Source: Octopus bimaculoides
Lineage: Eukaryota
DNA length: 35,696 nt
NCBI RefSeq assembly: GCF_001194135.2
Contig: NC_068981.1
Coordinates: forward strand, 58,740,139 to 58,775,834
Reading direction: 5' to 3'
Of the stretch, positions 34,561-35,696 are shown in pieces. The notes beneath the pieces were generated by a model, which ran no database searches, was not told the origin of the DNA, and worked only from the letters and a program-made list of their open reading frames with translations. Within the stretch, counting starts at the first letter, position 1; each line of letters starts with the position of its first letter. Position numbers and translations under genes: made by a program.

Positions 34561-34823
34561 CAGTGTTTCTCAACCATTTTTTTTTTTTTACCTATGGACC
34601 TCTTTGATTCCTAATTTACTCGAATTGATCCTCCTATTCATTCAATGTTTAACAAACCCTATTATATCCTTATAATTAAATATTATTAGGAATTGTATTA
34701 AAAAAAATTGTGAAAATATTTTGTGTATTGCACAAGTATAACCAATTTATTGCAGATAAATTTTAACAACAAAATTTTATATGGAATTTCAAGGGTCATA
34801 TGGATCCCGGTTGAGAACCACTG
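34561..34823. mobile_element. hAT (Charlie-like) MITE
   Basis: TIRs cagtgtttctcaacc / ggttgagaaccactg; 8-bp flanks atatagta and atatagga (7/8). Confidence 0.85.
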
Positions 34824-35696
34824 ATATAGGACATATCAACAATACAATGGAAATATAATTCTAGAAGAATGTTGCTTTCTCATATAGAAAATACTGAGGA
34901 ATCTTGGTTTTGAAATTAAAGCAGTTCGGCGAAGAACTATATTCTTTCTTTTAGTTATAAACCAAATATTTTTTTCACTTTTAAAATTTTACTCGATTTT
35001 TAAATGTCTCGGAAAATTATATATAAAAATAAACAAAAACAGAAATAATTCCAATTTATTTTCTCACTAATATAATAACGATTAACGATAAGCAGATATG
35101 GTCGTCTGTTATGAACCACTCGTCGCCTGTAATTCATTACTTTGACAGAGTTGCAAACGTAAAGAAGAAAACAAGTATTCAGTGTTGTGCGATGTACACA
35201 GGAAATGCTAACTGGGCCAACGCCCTATCATTTAATGTAGGTCATGAACGACAATGGCATGACGGGTATTCTAGGCATCTATCAGTGTTGCACCAAGACT
35301 TTTGGATCGAAGATGAAAGATAATTGGCGGAGGTGAAGGACATGGATCGTACCCCATTTCGGTTATTTTTTTTTTCTACAGAAACCCACTTTTTCGACTG
35401 CGGAGATTCCAAATCTACAAAAAAAAAAGTCGGCATTTCAAAATTTTAATCCCCACCCCTCCACCATTTTTTTACTTTTTTCAGAAATTTTTTTTGGCGA
35501 AATACGTAGAAAAATACAGAGATTATGATTCTGGGTGGGGAAAAAAATTGTAAAATTTTAAATTTTCAAAAATAAATAAATATACACCTCCTCCACTCCG
35601 CAAGCGCATCTGTGACAGAAAGTGAACGTGTGGTTGAGGGCTTTTTGGAATTAAGAGAGGTACGTAAAAATTATTTTTTGGCGCACACTCACACAC

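Overview
AT-rich, gap-ridden eukaryotic scaffold. Its SINE/MITE families, (TA)/(TG)/(GAT) microsatellites and TTAGGG-type repeat look like a coleoid cephalopod (Octopus-like) genome; this is inference from repeat recognition, not a search result. I found no complete host gene, no rRNA and no CRISPR. The window is a layered transposon graveyard: RTE LINE 3' fragments, a tRNA-derived SINE family (6 copies), two pogo/Tigger transposase relics (one near full length with TIRs and TA TSD), a hAT transposase relic, hAT/mariner/piggyBac-like MITEs, two GG-terminated fold-back MITE families with 8-bp TSDs (one carrying CCCTAA telomere-like repeats), a rearranged Gypsy LTR/gag unit inserted into a Penelope GIY-YIG element, and two L1/Tx1-like LINEs on either side of a CCAAT/TATA promoter-like site. 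CpG is visibly scarce left of about 13.3 kb and common to the right, suggesting a methylated gene body followed by promoter/intergenic DNA. A possible start exon (MGKKGKKYERVE) runs into a gap.
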